NCBI GenBank assembly: GCA_965200875.1
Contig: OZ241456.1
Coordinates: 1,664,001-1,728,000 of the forward strand
Direction: 5' to 3'
Length of the DNA stretch: 64,000 bases
Source of the DNA: Bdellovibrionales bacterium
GTDB lineage: Bacteria > Bdellovibrionota > Bdellovibrionia > Bdellovibrionales > UBA1609
A program made the translations under genes and the position numbers. Under the pieces are notes generated by a model. The model had not been told where the DNA came from. It searched no databases and saw nothing but the letters and a program-made list of their open reading frames with translations. Positions 1-8,899 of this stretch are shown here, in pieces (position 1 is the first letter of the stretch; each line of letters begins with the position of its first letter).

Positions 1-120
1 GTGATAGCCTCTCAAAGTTCGTGCGATTGCTTCCACATTTCTCTTTGGTCTAGCAAAACTGGAAGAGCTGGCCATAAGCAAAGCAGATAAAATTCCGATA
101 TACAGTAAACTTGTTTTCAT
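1..120 (-). CDS. 5' part of a secreted hypothetical protein, truncated by the window edge
   Basis: Hand translation MKTSLLYIGILSALLMASSSSFARPKRNVEAIARTLRGYH; signal-peptide-like N-terminus; GGAG RBS upstream. Confidence 0.65.
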   Translation of the reverse strand, partial: MKTSLLYIGILSALLMASSSSFARPKRNVEAIARTLRGYH

Positions 121-266
121 AACTAATACACTCCTTTTATTATTATTTTGTCGCTACAATTTATCTCAAAAAGAAAGTAAATAAAAGTTTTTTTTGAAAA
201 TCAAAGATAAATATTTTCCAAGGTGTGAAATTTTTTCACTGTTTGACTGAAAAGTTACAATTTTCC

Positions 267-1469
267 TTATTTTAAAACAAGCTCTTTTGGCAAAGCTTGC
301 GCATTATACTGGCTGGCCATTACAGCTCCATAAGCCCCTGCATCCAAAACAACCATAAAATCCCCTTCCCTTAAGTTGGAAAAAGCACGATCTCTTCCCA
401 ATACATCTGATGACTCACAAACAGGCCCAACAACATCATAAATTTGCCGGGAGGAGTGGAAGTGGGAACAGTCCATTTTCAGAGGCAAAATCCGATGATA
501 TGCCTGATAAAGGCAGGGACGAATCAAATGGTGTGTTCCTGTATCCAAAATGACAAAATTCTTATAAGAATTGCTTTTTATATATTGTATTTCTCCAATC
601 AGACATCCAAACCGAGCAGTGATAATTCTTCCTGGTTCTGTCAGGATCCGTGCTTTAAAAGTTTTGGAGAGATTTTTCAAAAAAAGCCCATACTCCTTTA
701 TAAGGTTCAAGTCTTCAGACCAATCCCGGCTTTTATAATCAATGCCTAAACCCCCACCTACATCGAAGGTTTGTAAATCAAATTCCTTTTGTAGTTCCTC
801 ATAAAGGGATTTGATTTTCATTATACTGGCTTTCAGAGCCGTCAGATCTTGAATTTGAGAACCTATATGCAAAGTCAAACCACATAAAGTTAGATAAGCG
901 GACCTTTGCCTTAAAATCTCCTTTAGTTTTGGAATTTGTTCCAACTCCAAACCAAATTTATGCTCTCTTAAACCTGTTTTAATATAAGGATGAGTATTCA
1001 GATCTATATCGGGATTCATGCGCAAAGCCACTTTGGCTTTTTTGTTCATACTGGAGGATATTTTCGCAATTCTTTTAAGTTCACCAGTGCTTTCCACATT
1101 AAACTGCAAAATATCAACTTTAAGAGCCAGTTTTATTTCCTCCTCTGTTTTACCCACTCCGGAAAAAACAATATCCTGACCTTGAAATCCCGCCTTTAAA
1201 GCCTGAGTAATTTCTCCCCCGGACACCACATCCACACCTACCCCTTCTTCTTGAAAAGCCTTTAATATATCCGGGTTAGAATTGGCTTTCATGGCATAAT
1301 GAATGTGAGCGGGAGCAGTATGTTTTTTGAAAAATTTTAATCTCTCCATCAGACCTGTTAAATCATAAACATAAACCGGTGTGCCACTTTTTTGCACTAA
1401 AGAAAACAAGTTATGCTTTTTTGTTTTCTGAACAATATGTAAATATTTTTTATAATATTCATAACTCAT
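267..1469 (-). CDS. lysA: Diaminopimelate decarboxylase
   Basis: HYAMKAN PLP lysine, DVVSGGE, HIGSQ, GGG, EPGR, GPVCESSD, GAYG; follows aspartokinase. Confidence 0.95.
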   Translation of the reverse strand: MSYEYYKKYLHIVQKTKKHNLFSLVQKSGTPVYVYDLTGLMERLKFFKKHTAPAHIHYAMKANSNPDILKAFQEEGVGVDVVSGGEITQALKAGFQGQDIVFSGVGKTEEEIKLALKVDILQFNVESTGELKRIAKISSSMNKKAKVALRMNPDIDLNTHPYIKTGLREHKFGLELEQIPKLKEILRQRSAYLTLCGLTLHIGSQIQDLTALKASIMKIKSLYEELQKEFDLQTFDVGGGLGIDYKSRDWSEDLNLIKEYGLFLKNLSKTFKARILTEPGRIITARFGCLIGEIQYIKSNSYKNFVILDTGTHHLIRPCLYQAYHRILPLKMDCSHFHSSRQIYDVVGPVCESSDVLGRDRAFSNLREGDFMVVLDAGAYGAVMASQYNAQALPKELVLK

Positions 1470-1477
1470 AACAGCCT

Positions 1478-1957
1478 TTATCTATCTTTATAAACACTTT
1501 CCAGTTTAAACTCCTTATGCAAAGCCTCAGCAGAAGGCAAAAGGTGTTTTTTATCAATAATGGCACTGATTTTAATTTCCGAAGTGGTTACCAAATGTAT
1601 ATCCATCCCGATCCGGGTTAAAGCTTTGAAAAACCGGCTAGCCACTCCCGGATGATTGGCCATCCCCACCCCCACAATGGAAAGCTTTGCCAAATCCTCA
1701 ATGATACTCACCTTTTTTTGTTCCATCATTTTATATACAATTTCTTTTGTTTCCAGCAGATTTTCCTTATGAATGGAAAAAGCAAGCCTTTGACCTTCCT
1801 TATTATAGCTTTGAGATATAACATCCACGGAAATATGTCGATCAGCCAGAATGCCAAACAGTTCTGTTATAAACTGCCCACCAGAGGGTACGGGATACAT
1901 TTTAATAATCACTGTATCCATATCATGTGTAACAGCGGACACAAGAGGTTGTTCCAT
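1478..1957 (-). CDS. Probable in-frame aspartate kinase beta subunit (159 aa)
   Basis: AAGGAGG at 1969-1963 precedes in-frame ATG at 1957 (MEQPLV) at the kinase/ACT boundary, as in alpha2beta2 aspartokinases. Confidence 0.65.
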   Translation of the reverse strand: MEQPLVSAVTHDMDTVIIKMYPVPSGGQFITELFGILADRHISVDVISQSYNKEGQRLAFSIHKENLLETKEIVYKMMEQKKVSIIEDLAKLSIVGVGMANHPGVASRFFKALTRIGMDIHLVTTSEIKISAIIDKKHLLPSAEALHKEFKLESVYKDR

Positions 1958-2698
1958 AAGATCCTCCTTTGGCAAGATCCAAGTTCCTTCGGTTTCTTCA
2001 TAAGCGGATCGAATATGAAGTTTGATTTTATATTTTGCCGCTATTTCCACGGAACGGCAATGTAAAACACGACTTCCGAGAGAGGACATTTCCATCATCT
2101 CTTCAAAACTGAGTGTAGAGATTTTGTTAGCTTCCTCTACCAGCCGAGGATCTGCTGTATAAACTTTCGGAACATCCGTAAAAATTTCACAATCTGGCTG
2201 TTTAAAAGCCACAGCCAAGGCTACAGCTGTGGTGTCGCTTCCCCCTCTTCCCAAGGTGGTAATGGTGTTTCCATTGGTTACACCTTGGAAACCCGCCACC
2301 AACGGCACATAATCCTCGTTTAAATACTTTTTAACAGGCTCTGTTTTAATTTCCTGAATGCGTGCACGGGAAAAAAGTGCGTCTGTTTGAATACCCACTT
2401 GGTGGGCAAGCAAAGGAACGGTCTTAACTTTTCTTTTTTCCAAAGCTAGAGCCAAAAGAGCCACACTAACCTGCTCTCCCGAAGCAAGCAACATATCATA
2501 AGCTGGTCCTCTATGGGAGGGATTTATTTGCTTTGCCAGACTGATAAGCCGGTTGGTTTCCCCGGACATGGCAGACACCACCACCAAAGGTATTTGCCCC
2601 TTTGATTTATCCCTAACAATCCTCTCAGCCACTTGTTCAATTTTTTCGATGGAGCCTACGGAAGTGCCACCAAACTTTTTAATATGGATTCTTTTCAT
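1478..2698 (-). CDS. lysC: Aspartate kinase (alpha subunit)
   Basis: KFGGTSV, VVVSAM, GRGGSDTTA, TDV..VYTADPR, C-terminal ACT domains (TSEIKIS). Confidence 0.96.
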   Translation of the reverse strand: MKRIHIKKFGGTSVGSIEKIEQVAERIVRDKSKGQIPLVVVSAMSGETNRLISLAKQINPSHRGPAYDMLLASGEQVSVALLALALEKRKVKTVPLLAHQVGIQTDALFSRARIQEIKTEPVKKYLNEDYVPLVAGFQGVTNGNTITTLGRGGSDTTAVALAVAFKQPDCEIFTDVPKVYTADPRLVEEANKISTLSFEEMMEMSSLGSRVLHCRSVEIAAKYKIKLHIRSAYEETEGTWILPKEDLMEQPLVSAVTHDMDTVIIKMYPVPSGGQFITELFGILADRHISVDVISQSYNKEGQRLAFSIHKENLLETKEIVYKMMEQKKVSIIEDLAKLSIVGVGMANHPGVASRFFKALTRIGMDIHLVTTSEIKISAIIDKKHLLPSAEALHKEFKLESVYKDR

Positions 2699-2830
2699 AA
2701 GTCACCAGAGAAAAATATATTTTAAAAATTTTCCTTCCAAGATCTTTAAAGCTTTTTATAAAAAAATCAAGTTTTTTTAACTTAATGAAACATCTCCTTA
2801 AAACTCAACAAGATTCCCGTTTTCACGGGC

Positions 2831-2929
2831 GACTGATAAGTTTTTTAACACCCGTGAAATTTTTACATAGATTGCTCAAATCCTCTCACAGAGACTGATA
2901 AGTTTTTTAACACCCGTGAAATTTTTACA
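2831..2929. repeat. Two perfect 37-bp direct repeats with a 25-bp spacer, next to a REP-like palindrome fragment
   Basis: GACTGATAAGTTTTTTAACACCCGTGAAATTTTTACA at 2831-2867 and 2893-2929; GATTCCCGTTTTCACGGG immediately upstream. Confidence 0.9.
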
Positions 2930-3003
2930 CGGAGTCAAAAAAACTGTTTTTATTTTTTTTTTAATACCTTAAAATTTACTTTGGTTTAAGAAAGGACTGA
3001 CTT

Positions 3004-6000
3004 ATGAATATAACACGCTATAAAAAATATCTAATGGCTATAAGCTTTTCCATCTGCATTGTTCTTTCCTTATCAGCAAATGAAGAAAAGGTGGATGTGG
3101 ATTTTACACCAGCTACAGAAGCAGAAAGAGAAGCCACAAAGCCCTCTAAAATTTCAGGCCAAGATGTTATAGACTTGCTTCATTTCGCAGGAGTTCCACT
3201 TACAGAAGAACAAATAAAAAATCTTCGTGCACTCCCAGCGGAAGAAAGTGAAAAATTTATTCAGTTAACAGAAGAACAACAGGAAAAAATAATAAACCTC
3301 ACAGAAGAACAAAAACAAAATCTTTTAGAGATGACCACAGAAGAAAAAATAAGGTTCTTGGGTTTAACACCGCTCCAAAAAAGAAAATTACTCAGAGAGA
3401 CAGAACGAGACATAAAGTTGACCCAAGCCATAACACAAGCACATAACAGAAGATTCCTCGGCACAGCAATACACCAGGTTAAAGGTTTTCACTTGGAAGC
3501 TTTGGTATTTTATGCAGCTATGGGAGCCAGTATGGCCGCAACAGCACAAATAGATTTTATAGACAAAGGAGGAAGAACAGACCCGCGATGGATGGAAACT
3601 CTTATCTATGAGATGACTTCCACTGTAGGCTTGTTCAGCTTTTTCGCTTTTGTAATAGCCAGCGGACAAATGAATACTTTTTATTCAAGGTGGCTTACCA
3701 GTAATATTATTTTTAGAAGTATACCAGGTGGTAGACAAACCCCTAAAAGGGTCCGGCAAAGCCTAGGCCATCAAAGGTTAAGCGCACTTAACAATTCACC
3801 AACCAGACTTGCCCGGGTAGCTGGAGAAGTGGGCACACAATCCGGTGCAATATTATTCGGAGGGTGGAACCGTGGCCTGTTCTTTGCAAATCCTCTTGGT
3901 ATGGCAACCGGTATGATGGCATCCAATATTGTGCATGAAGTTGACTTTATTTTTACTCAAAACGCTCATTTTCCAGGTTGCAAGAATAAAATTTTTGGAA
4001 AATCCGAGTTAGAGGACCAAGCTAGTGAAACAGAAATAAAACAAGAGGACCTTCAAAATAAATTTCATTGTGATTTGTTTTATGAAGAACTTGGACATAC
4101 CATTAATAGCTGGATGCCAGGGTTGGTTTCTTTGGTGGCTGCTTCCATGCTTTCTCATGCCTTAGTCAATATGGCTTATAGTGGAATTGCTACAGCTGGC
4201 AGAGGTGTTGGTATGAGGCAGAAACAAATAATCAAAACAGGTATGCTTAGAGGTGTTACTATTCGGGCAAGCCGTAGCCTCCCATTGGGAGCTATAGCAC
4301 GAGGAGCTTCATGGCTTGTGCCTGTTCCTCCTGTATTAAGAGGAGGACAACTACTCGCAGGAGGAGCAAGAACTATTGCCAGATGGATGGACAATCATAT
4401 AATACGACCAGTCGATCAATGGGTGACCAAGCATATACTACCAGGAGGGCGGGGCCATAGTTTCGTAAATCTTTTTACTTTTATGTTGACAGATACATGG
4501 GTCACTCACGGCATTTTCGCAGATTGGATGACAGAACCGGAAACCGCAAAAGATGTGGCAAAAGGTATGAAAGATTTTATGAAATACCATAATGTGGATT
4601 ATACTACAAACGCAGATGAGGATTTTCTGGAAATTGGAGGTCGCTCCTACCATGAAAGTATTGTTTCTGCACATAAACTGGGGCTTTCTTTTAGCCGGTG
4701 GAGACAGTTCAGAACACAACATGCCATGATGGCTTATCAAAATTGGTTTAAGTATGTATCGGAAACAATTGGTTCGTTTGAAGAAGCTTACGACACATAC
4801 AAAAAGTTTTTCATGGATCCAAAAACGCAAAATTCTAACTGGAAGACAAGTGATTTTTTTGGCATAGTTACAGAAGAAGAGGCGAAACCGGCTTTAAAAC
4901 AGATGTGGGAGACTATTGACCAATATATAGTAGACAATAATTTAACTGAACCAGAAGATCTGAATCTCCATGTAGTTTCTTCCTCTCATACCCGCTTTTT
5001 GAAGCCTCAGGAAGATTTATATGCTCAGGAAAGAGAAACAAAAGAGCAACGAAACGAAAATGTGTCTTTTTTAGGAAGAGTCTTAAATGGTATTACAGGC
5101 CGTTTGAGAGAAAGTAAAGAAGTGGATCGAATATTTACTTTGCGTGCCCTCTTGAATTCTGTAAATGAAGGATCATCCATTGAACATTTTTACGGAGATG
5201 AATGGGATCAGGTTCTTAAAGCAAAAATAGATGAAATTACATTTGCTTCTGAACAGAAAGAAACACCAAGAATAGATACAATTACACTTGCTTCTGAACA
5301 GAAAGAAAAAATTGAAGAAATCAAAAATCAAATTAACTCCAGCTCCATAAGTAATGACGACAAACTGCAAATGATAGTAGGCAATTTTTCAGAATTACTG
5401 CCTGTAATCAGTCAATTACACTTCCATGTTAATCCAACTGTAAGTGAGGCTGATGAGCAGAATCAGGAAGCTAACATCCTGCTCGATATTTTTATGTCAG
5501 CTCTTGAACAAGCGGGTATACCGGAATCGGATGCACAAAACGACCGGATTGTAACAGATAAAGTAGATGACTGGTCTCCATTTTATTTTGAAAGAGTGAT
5601 TGACTTGTTAGATGAAAAAGCAGAAAGATTTTCCAGCTCAGCAAATATTTTAGATGATACTGCTGAGATTGAAACAAGAGCCAGAGAGCAACTGAGAAAA
5701 AAAATACAAGCCTCAGCTGTGGAATATTTAAAATGGATTATTGAGAAACAAACAGAAGAGAGAAGCACCGGTAGCATGCCTTATCTTGTGGAAAATCCAG
5801 ATAATATAAATTTGCCACTTGAAGCTTTATCCCTGTTTCGTAAATTGGGGGAAAATAATATTTTTGCAAAACTATATGCAAAAACTTTTATAAAAAATGA
5901 GGAAAACGGCACAGGAGAAAATACCGAAGGGGATTCTCAGTATAAACAAATCAACCCGCAGACTCCAGGCATGCAGTATATCACTGATATGAACGACTAC

Positions 6001-7488
6001 ATCAAAGAAAAAGAGAAAAGGTTTGATATTGATATTCACCCTGATCACCTAGCCCAACTACGCACACTAGGTATTATGGACTTTTTTATAGCGTCTGCAC
6101 TGTGTGGCCCAGACTTGAGAAAAAATGAAAATACAGATTTATTCCAAAAACTTAACAGCATATTTGATGCCTCAGGAGGGGTTTCAGAAACTACATTTGA
6201 GGAGACATTCTCTGAACAGGAGATAGACGACTTTATGCAACAAAGTCCGGTTTTTGATCGTGGGCTTTTGGGGAAGAACTACAATTTTTATCCTCCTCTT
6301 ATCACCACTATAGATGAGCAGGCTCGAAGAAATATTTGTGCGGGCGTATACAGCCAAAATGAGCATAGAGTAGTAACAGACATTTATAATGGCCATTTTC
6401 CGGTAGGAGATAAGGTATATAACAATTTATTGTACTTGGTGCTAGATCACATTGGTTTAGAGGGAGTTTCCTCTCAAGAGGAGTTTAAAAAATGGTGGTA
6501 TGACAAAATGGAACTTCACTATATCTCGTTTATACTTTCTGCGGATAAAGAGTATCAAAAACTCGTAAAAAATGAATTTACAGGAGCTTTGTTCCATGAA
6601 GGCACAGAAGAAGTGAATTTACTCAGTGAAATTATTTCAGTGGATTCCGGCCAATCTGTGTCGGATCAAATATTCAAGCTCACTAAAGAGTGGATCGAAA
6701 ATGAAGGGGCTTATGAATATACTCCACACTATAGCTCTGGTTTAGATCGCGCGGGGCAAGCTGATTACAACACCTATTCTCTGCCTTTGGATAAAGGTGT
6801 ATTCAAAAACATACATTTTGAGGCACTTTACTGGGGAGATATAATACTGCATTACATTCAAAAAACGGAAAACCCACTTCCCGAAAGTGATTTGGAAGAG
6901 TTAAAAAAGAGTTTAAAAGCTTTCGCGGAAGGTTTTAATCCGGAAACAGAAATTTTAGTGGAAACAGAAGAAGATATAGTAACGGCAATCCACTTTCCGA
7001 ATATTGATTCAGATTCTCGTCAGAAATCACATATTGGATCCCATTTTGCAAAAAACTTTCTGGCAAATGTGGAAAATCTGAAGCTTCTCCTAGTATCCGG
7101 ATTAGGAGAGTATCACAATATCAGTGAAATATTAAATATAGATACAGGAGATATATTATCAGTAGCAGACCCAGTATTGAGTGATGATACACAACATTTA
7201 AGTGATAAAAGACTAAAAGAGATGGATAGAGAAGCTATTGGAGCTTTCAGCTGTGACTCAAACAAGAACATGGATGATTGTGAAAGAGTTTCTTTGCCAA
7301 AACAGATTTTAAATTATTCTATTATAAAGCTTAACCGTATTTTGACTGAAGCCACTAGTTATGCCAATATAATTGGATATATATCTGAACACCCCGAGGT
7401 AAGTTGCGCGACTGCCAGCCTCGAAAACCAAAAAACTTGCAAAGAAACTGCTACCCTCGAACAAACAACTGCCGGCCCCCTCAACTAA
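3004..7488 (+). CDS. Large secreted or membrane-associated hypothetical protein (1494 aa)
   Basis: Long ORF, AAGGA RBS, signal peptide, N-terminal LTEEQ repeats, hydrophobic segments, acidic C-terminal half. Confidence 0.85.
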   Translation: MNITRYKKYLMAISFSICIVLSLSANEEKVDVDFTPATEAEREATKPSKISGQDVIDLLHFAGVPLTEEQIKNLRALPAEESEKFIQLTEEQQEKIINLTEEQKQNLLEMTTEEKIRFLGLTPLQKRKLLRETERDIKLTQAITQAHNRRFLGTAIHQVKGFHLEALVFYAAMGASMAATAQIDFIDKGGRTDPRWMETLIYEMTSTVGLFSFFAFVIASGQMNTFYSRWLTSNIIFRSIPGGRQTPKRVRQSLGHQRLSALNNSPTRLARVAGEVGTQSGAILFGGWNRGLFFANPLGMATGMMASNIVHEVDFIFTQNAHFPGCKNKIFGKSELEDQASETEIKQEDLQNKFHCDLFYEELGHTINSWMPGLVSLVAASMLSHALVNMAYSGIATAGRGVGMRQKQIIKTGMLRGVTIRASRSLPLGAIARGASWLVPVPPVLRGGQLLAGGARTIARWMDNHIIRPVDQWVTKHILPGGRGHSFVNLFTFMLTDTWVTHGIFADWMTEPETAKDVAKGMKDFMKYHNVDYTTNADEDFLEIGGRSYHESIVSAHKLGLSFSRWRQFRTQHAMMAYQNWFKYVSETIGSFEEAYDTYKKFFMDPKTQNSNWKTSDFFGIVTEEEAKPALKQMWETIDQYIVDNNLTEPEDLNLHVVSSSHTRFLKPQEDLYAQERETKEQRNENVSFLGRVLNGITGRLRESKEVDRIFTLRALLNSVNEGSSIEHFYGDEWDQVLKAKIDEITFASEQKETPRIDTITLASEQKEKIEEIKNQINSSSISNDDKLQMIVGNFSELLPVISQLHFHVNPTVSEADEQNQEANILLDIFMSALEQAGIPESDAQNDRIVTDKVDDWSPFYFERVIDLLDEKAERFSSSANILDDTAEIETRAREQLRKKIQASAVEYLKWIIEKQTEERSTGSMPYLVENPDNINLPLEALSLFRKLGENNIFAKLYAKTFIKNEENGTGENTEGDSQYKQINPQTPGMQYITDMNDYIKEKEKRFDIDIHPDHLAQLRTLGIMDFFIASALCGPDLRKNENTDLFQKLNSIFDASGGVSETTFEETFSEQEIDDFMQQSPVFDRGLLGKNYNFYPPLITTIDEQARRNICAGVYSQNEHRVVTDIYNGHFPVGDKVYNNLLYLVLDHIGLEGVSSQEEFKKWWYDKMELHYISFILSADKEYQKLVKNEFTGALFHEGTEEVNLLSEIISVDSGQSVSDQIFKLTKEWIENEGAYEYTPHYSSGLDRAGQADYNTYSLPLDKGVFKNIHFEALYWGDIILHYIQKTENPLPESDLEELKKSLKAFAEGFNPETEILVETEEDIVTAIHFPNIDSDSRQKSHIGSHFAKNFLANVENLKLLLVSGLGEYHNISEILNIDTGDILSVADPVLSDDTQHLSDKRLKEMDREAIGAFSCDSNKNMDDCERVSLPKQILNYSIIKLNRILTEATSYANIIGYISEHPEVSCATASLENQKTCKETATLEQTTAGPLN

Positions 7489-7528
7489 ACAACAGAGAAC
7501 CTTCCCGACTCCGAACTTCACCACTAAA

Positions 7529-8782
7529 CTAGGAGGAAGTGAAATCTCCCGGTACTGATGGAGGTTCTTTCCTATAATTTTTGAACAAAGTTTTGGTTTT
7601 TGCTTCAAACCATTCTTTTTCCGCCAAAGACACCAAAGCAGAAGTGATGATAATGGATAAAGGAATAATGGCAAAAATTAAATTTTGGATCCACTCCCCC
7701 TGTTCCAAGCCTCTTTGCAAAGGCAAAGTGGCCAATACGGCGCAAGCAAGCCCCCTCGGTCCCATAGCGGTTGCGGTCACGGCGTCTAGGCGAGATGTTT
7801 CTTTACTCTTTAAGATGAATCGAATGGAAGCATAACGAGTGGCGAAAATCAAACCGGTTAAAAGAAAAGCCCATAACACAGAAGACACCCCTTTTATTTG
7901 AATCAAAAGCCCTAAGTAGAGAAAAAAGAAAGTTCTTAGCAAAAAAGTAATAGCACTTAGAATCGTCAACTCCCCGGAAGAAACAGGTTTATCCTCCAAG
8001 AAAGCTCTTAAAGAAGCTGGAAGCAGATTAATGTTGGCCAAAGTAAAACCCAAACTCAAAACTCCTATAGCTCCGTTTAAAGATAAAAACTCTAAAACAC
8101 CGTAAGTCAGCAGAGCACCCGCTTCTCCTGCAAAAGGTAGTCTGGAGACCTCTGTTGTTTTTCTTAAAAAAGCCCATACAATACCGGAAAGCGCGCCTAT
8201 GCCTATGGACACTATGGGAGTGGAGCTAAGGCTGATAAAAAACCTGCCCCCACTAGCATTTTCAGAAGTGAGGTATTCCAAAAGACCCAGAAAGATAACA
8301 ATGGTCAACACATCTGTAAAAGCGGATTCCAGAGAAAGCACAGTTTTGGTTTGTTTTTTTATGGAAAGAGGTTTCACCATAGGAATCACAATAGCGGAAG
8401 AAGTGCTTCCAATACCCACACCAACCAGCAACGCGGACATAAAAGGTAAAACCGGCAAAAGAACTATAGCGGAGACAAAAGTTATGGATAAAAAACTAAA
8501 AAGGGAAAGGCTGAGTGCAGAAAGAGAGGACTCCATTAAATCCTTAAAGCTTAAATGCAAGCCTCCTTCATACAAAATAATAATCAAAGTAATAATGGCA
8601 AGTACTTTCCCGGCCTGACCCAGATGAACATCCGGCTGAATCAAATTGGTAATAGAAGGGCCTAAAATAAAACCAATAATGATTAAAATAAGAAGATCGG
8701 GAATTTTGGTTTTTATAAAAAACCAATTAAGGGCGTGACCCAGAAAAAACAAAACAGAAAGTCCGATGATAATAATATCCAT
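7529..8782 (-). CDS. Cation:proton antiporter (CPA1/NhaP-like)
   Basis: Many TM helices; KIPDLL, LYEGGL, LESAFTD, MGPRGLA motifs. Confidence 0.88.
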   Translation of the reverse strand: MDIIIIGLSVLFFLGHALNWFFIKTKIPDLLILIIIGFILGPSITNLIQPDVHLGQAGKVLAIITLIIILYEGGLHLSFKDLMESSLSALSLSLFSFLSITFVSAIVLLPVLPFMSALLVGVGIGSTSSAIVIPMVKPLSIKKQTKTVLSLESAFTDVLTIVIFLGLLEYLTSENASGGRFFISLSSTPIVSIGIGALSGIVWAFLRKTTEVSRLPFAGEAGALLTYGVLEFLSLNGAIGVLSLGFTLANINLLPASLRAFLEDKPVSSGELTILSAITFLLRTFFFLYLGLLIQIKGVSSVLWAFLLTGLIFATRYASIRFILKSKETSRLDAVTATAMGPRGLACAVLATLPLQRGLEQGEWIQNLIFAIIPLSIIITSALVSLAEKEWFEAKTKTLFKNYRKEPPSVPGDFTSS

Positions 8783-8899
8783 TGTGACAATTTCCCCTTT
8801 TCTTCAAACCACTCCCGGGTTTTTGTCAGCTTTCCGGGAATTATGTTGGTCTCAGACAACAGCACCGGGCAATATCTGATTTTTTTTACACATAAAAAA

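Noticed and set aside
2831..2929. Mini-CRISPR (37-bp repeat)
   Set aside because: Only two repeats, a short 25-bp spacer, and no cas genes in the window
2699..3003. Lysine riboswitch upstream of lysC
   Set aside because: No recognisable L-box conserved elements; the region is AT-rich apart from the repeats
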